Below, one piece after another: positions 63,401 through 64,000 of a DNA stretch of 64,000 nt. This DNA is from Harriotta raleighana (taxonomy: Eukaryota). The position numbers and the translations under genes are program-made. The stretch lies in contig JBNZDD010013603.1 in the NCBI GenBank assembly GCA_050575255.1, positions 110,460 to 174,459 of the forward strand. The letters run 5' to 3'. The notes beneath the pieces are model-generated. The model was not told where the DNA came from and did not search any database. It saw nothing but the letters and a program-made list of their open reading frames with translations. Numbering within the stretch: position 1 is the first letter of the stretch; every line of letters begins with the position of its first letter.

Positions 63401-64000
63401 TTATGAAGTCAGTGCCTCTTTAAAGACAAAAGCTCAGGTTGGAGCCGCCTGCTGTGATGGAGCAAAGCTGCCTATATAATTATGTGTGTGGCTCATCGTT
63501 CATAACATTAATAATCCATCAAAGAATTCACATTCTCTGATAATTCAAACCAAAGGCAGATGGTTTTTTACGAAAAAAAAAATCTGAATTTCCTTTGGGA
63601 TTGCGCTCAGCGCCACTTGGGAAGGTACAGGTATCTGGATCTCGGCCGTGAACCGACCAGGCTCACTGTAAACCATTCCCCACCGCTCACTGGGACATGT
63701 CCTGCCCACACTCGCTGGGTTAGGGCTCGCACATCAACAACGTGATGGAGGACACACACATAATCATCCTCGAGGTTAAGGATAAAACACCCAGACCAGT
63801 TGAGGGGAGGCTAGAATATCTAGCGAAAAGTACTATCTTTTGTGGGATTATGAATTAAAATGCTGTGTGTAAATCTATCTTCTGTATCTCTGTGCTTCTC
63901 ACACTGTTGGGGACGTCTACCCCACATGAAAGGCGTTATATAAATGCAATTTATTGGTTAGTTAAATGTAATTTTGTTGTTTGTTGAACTGTGCCACTGT

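Noticed and set aside
1-64000. CRISPR arrays or prokaryotic defence systems
   Set aside because: Vertebrate spliced genes and retroposons; no repeat-spacer pattern

Overview
Eukaryotic, intron-rich vertebrate DNA. The repeat landscape (tRNA-headed Deu-core SINEs, L2 and CR1 LINEs, TA-flanked Tc1/pogo-type MITEs) suggests a cartilaginous fish, probably a holocephalan. Main contents: (1) ~1.0-8.0 kb: a GC-rich ZNF143/NRF1-type promoter followed by a degenerate ~2-kb tandem array. Its units carry exon-like pieces and intronic box C/D snoRNA copies resembling SNORD45 (two intact, one decayed, one split by a CR1), suggesting an unannotated non-coding snoRNA host gene on +. (2) A complete anillin-family gene on - (24 coding exons, 35204 to 10234, frame-consistent, 1035 aa, most like the anln2/anillin-like paralog) with a CpG-rich CDE/CHR promoter near 38.85 kb. 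(3) A 40.9-50.5 kb multi-copy block that is most likely an assembly artefact. (4) The 5' part of MATCAP1 (KIAA0895L) on +, head-to-head with the anillin gene. Most short ORFs in the supplied track are repeat-derived or spurious. Homology calls come from recalled protein/RNA motifs, not from database searches.
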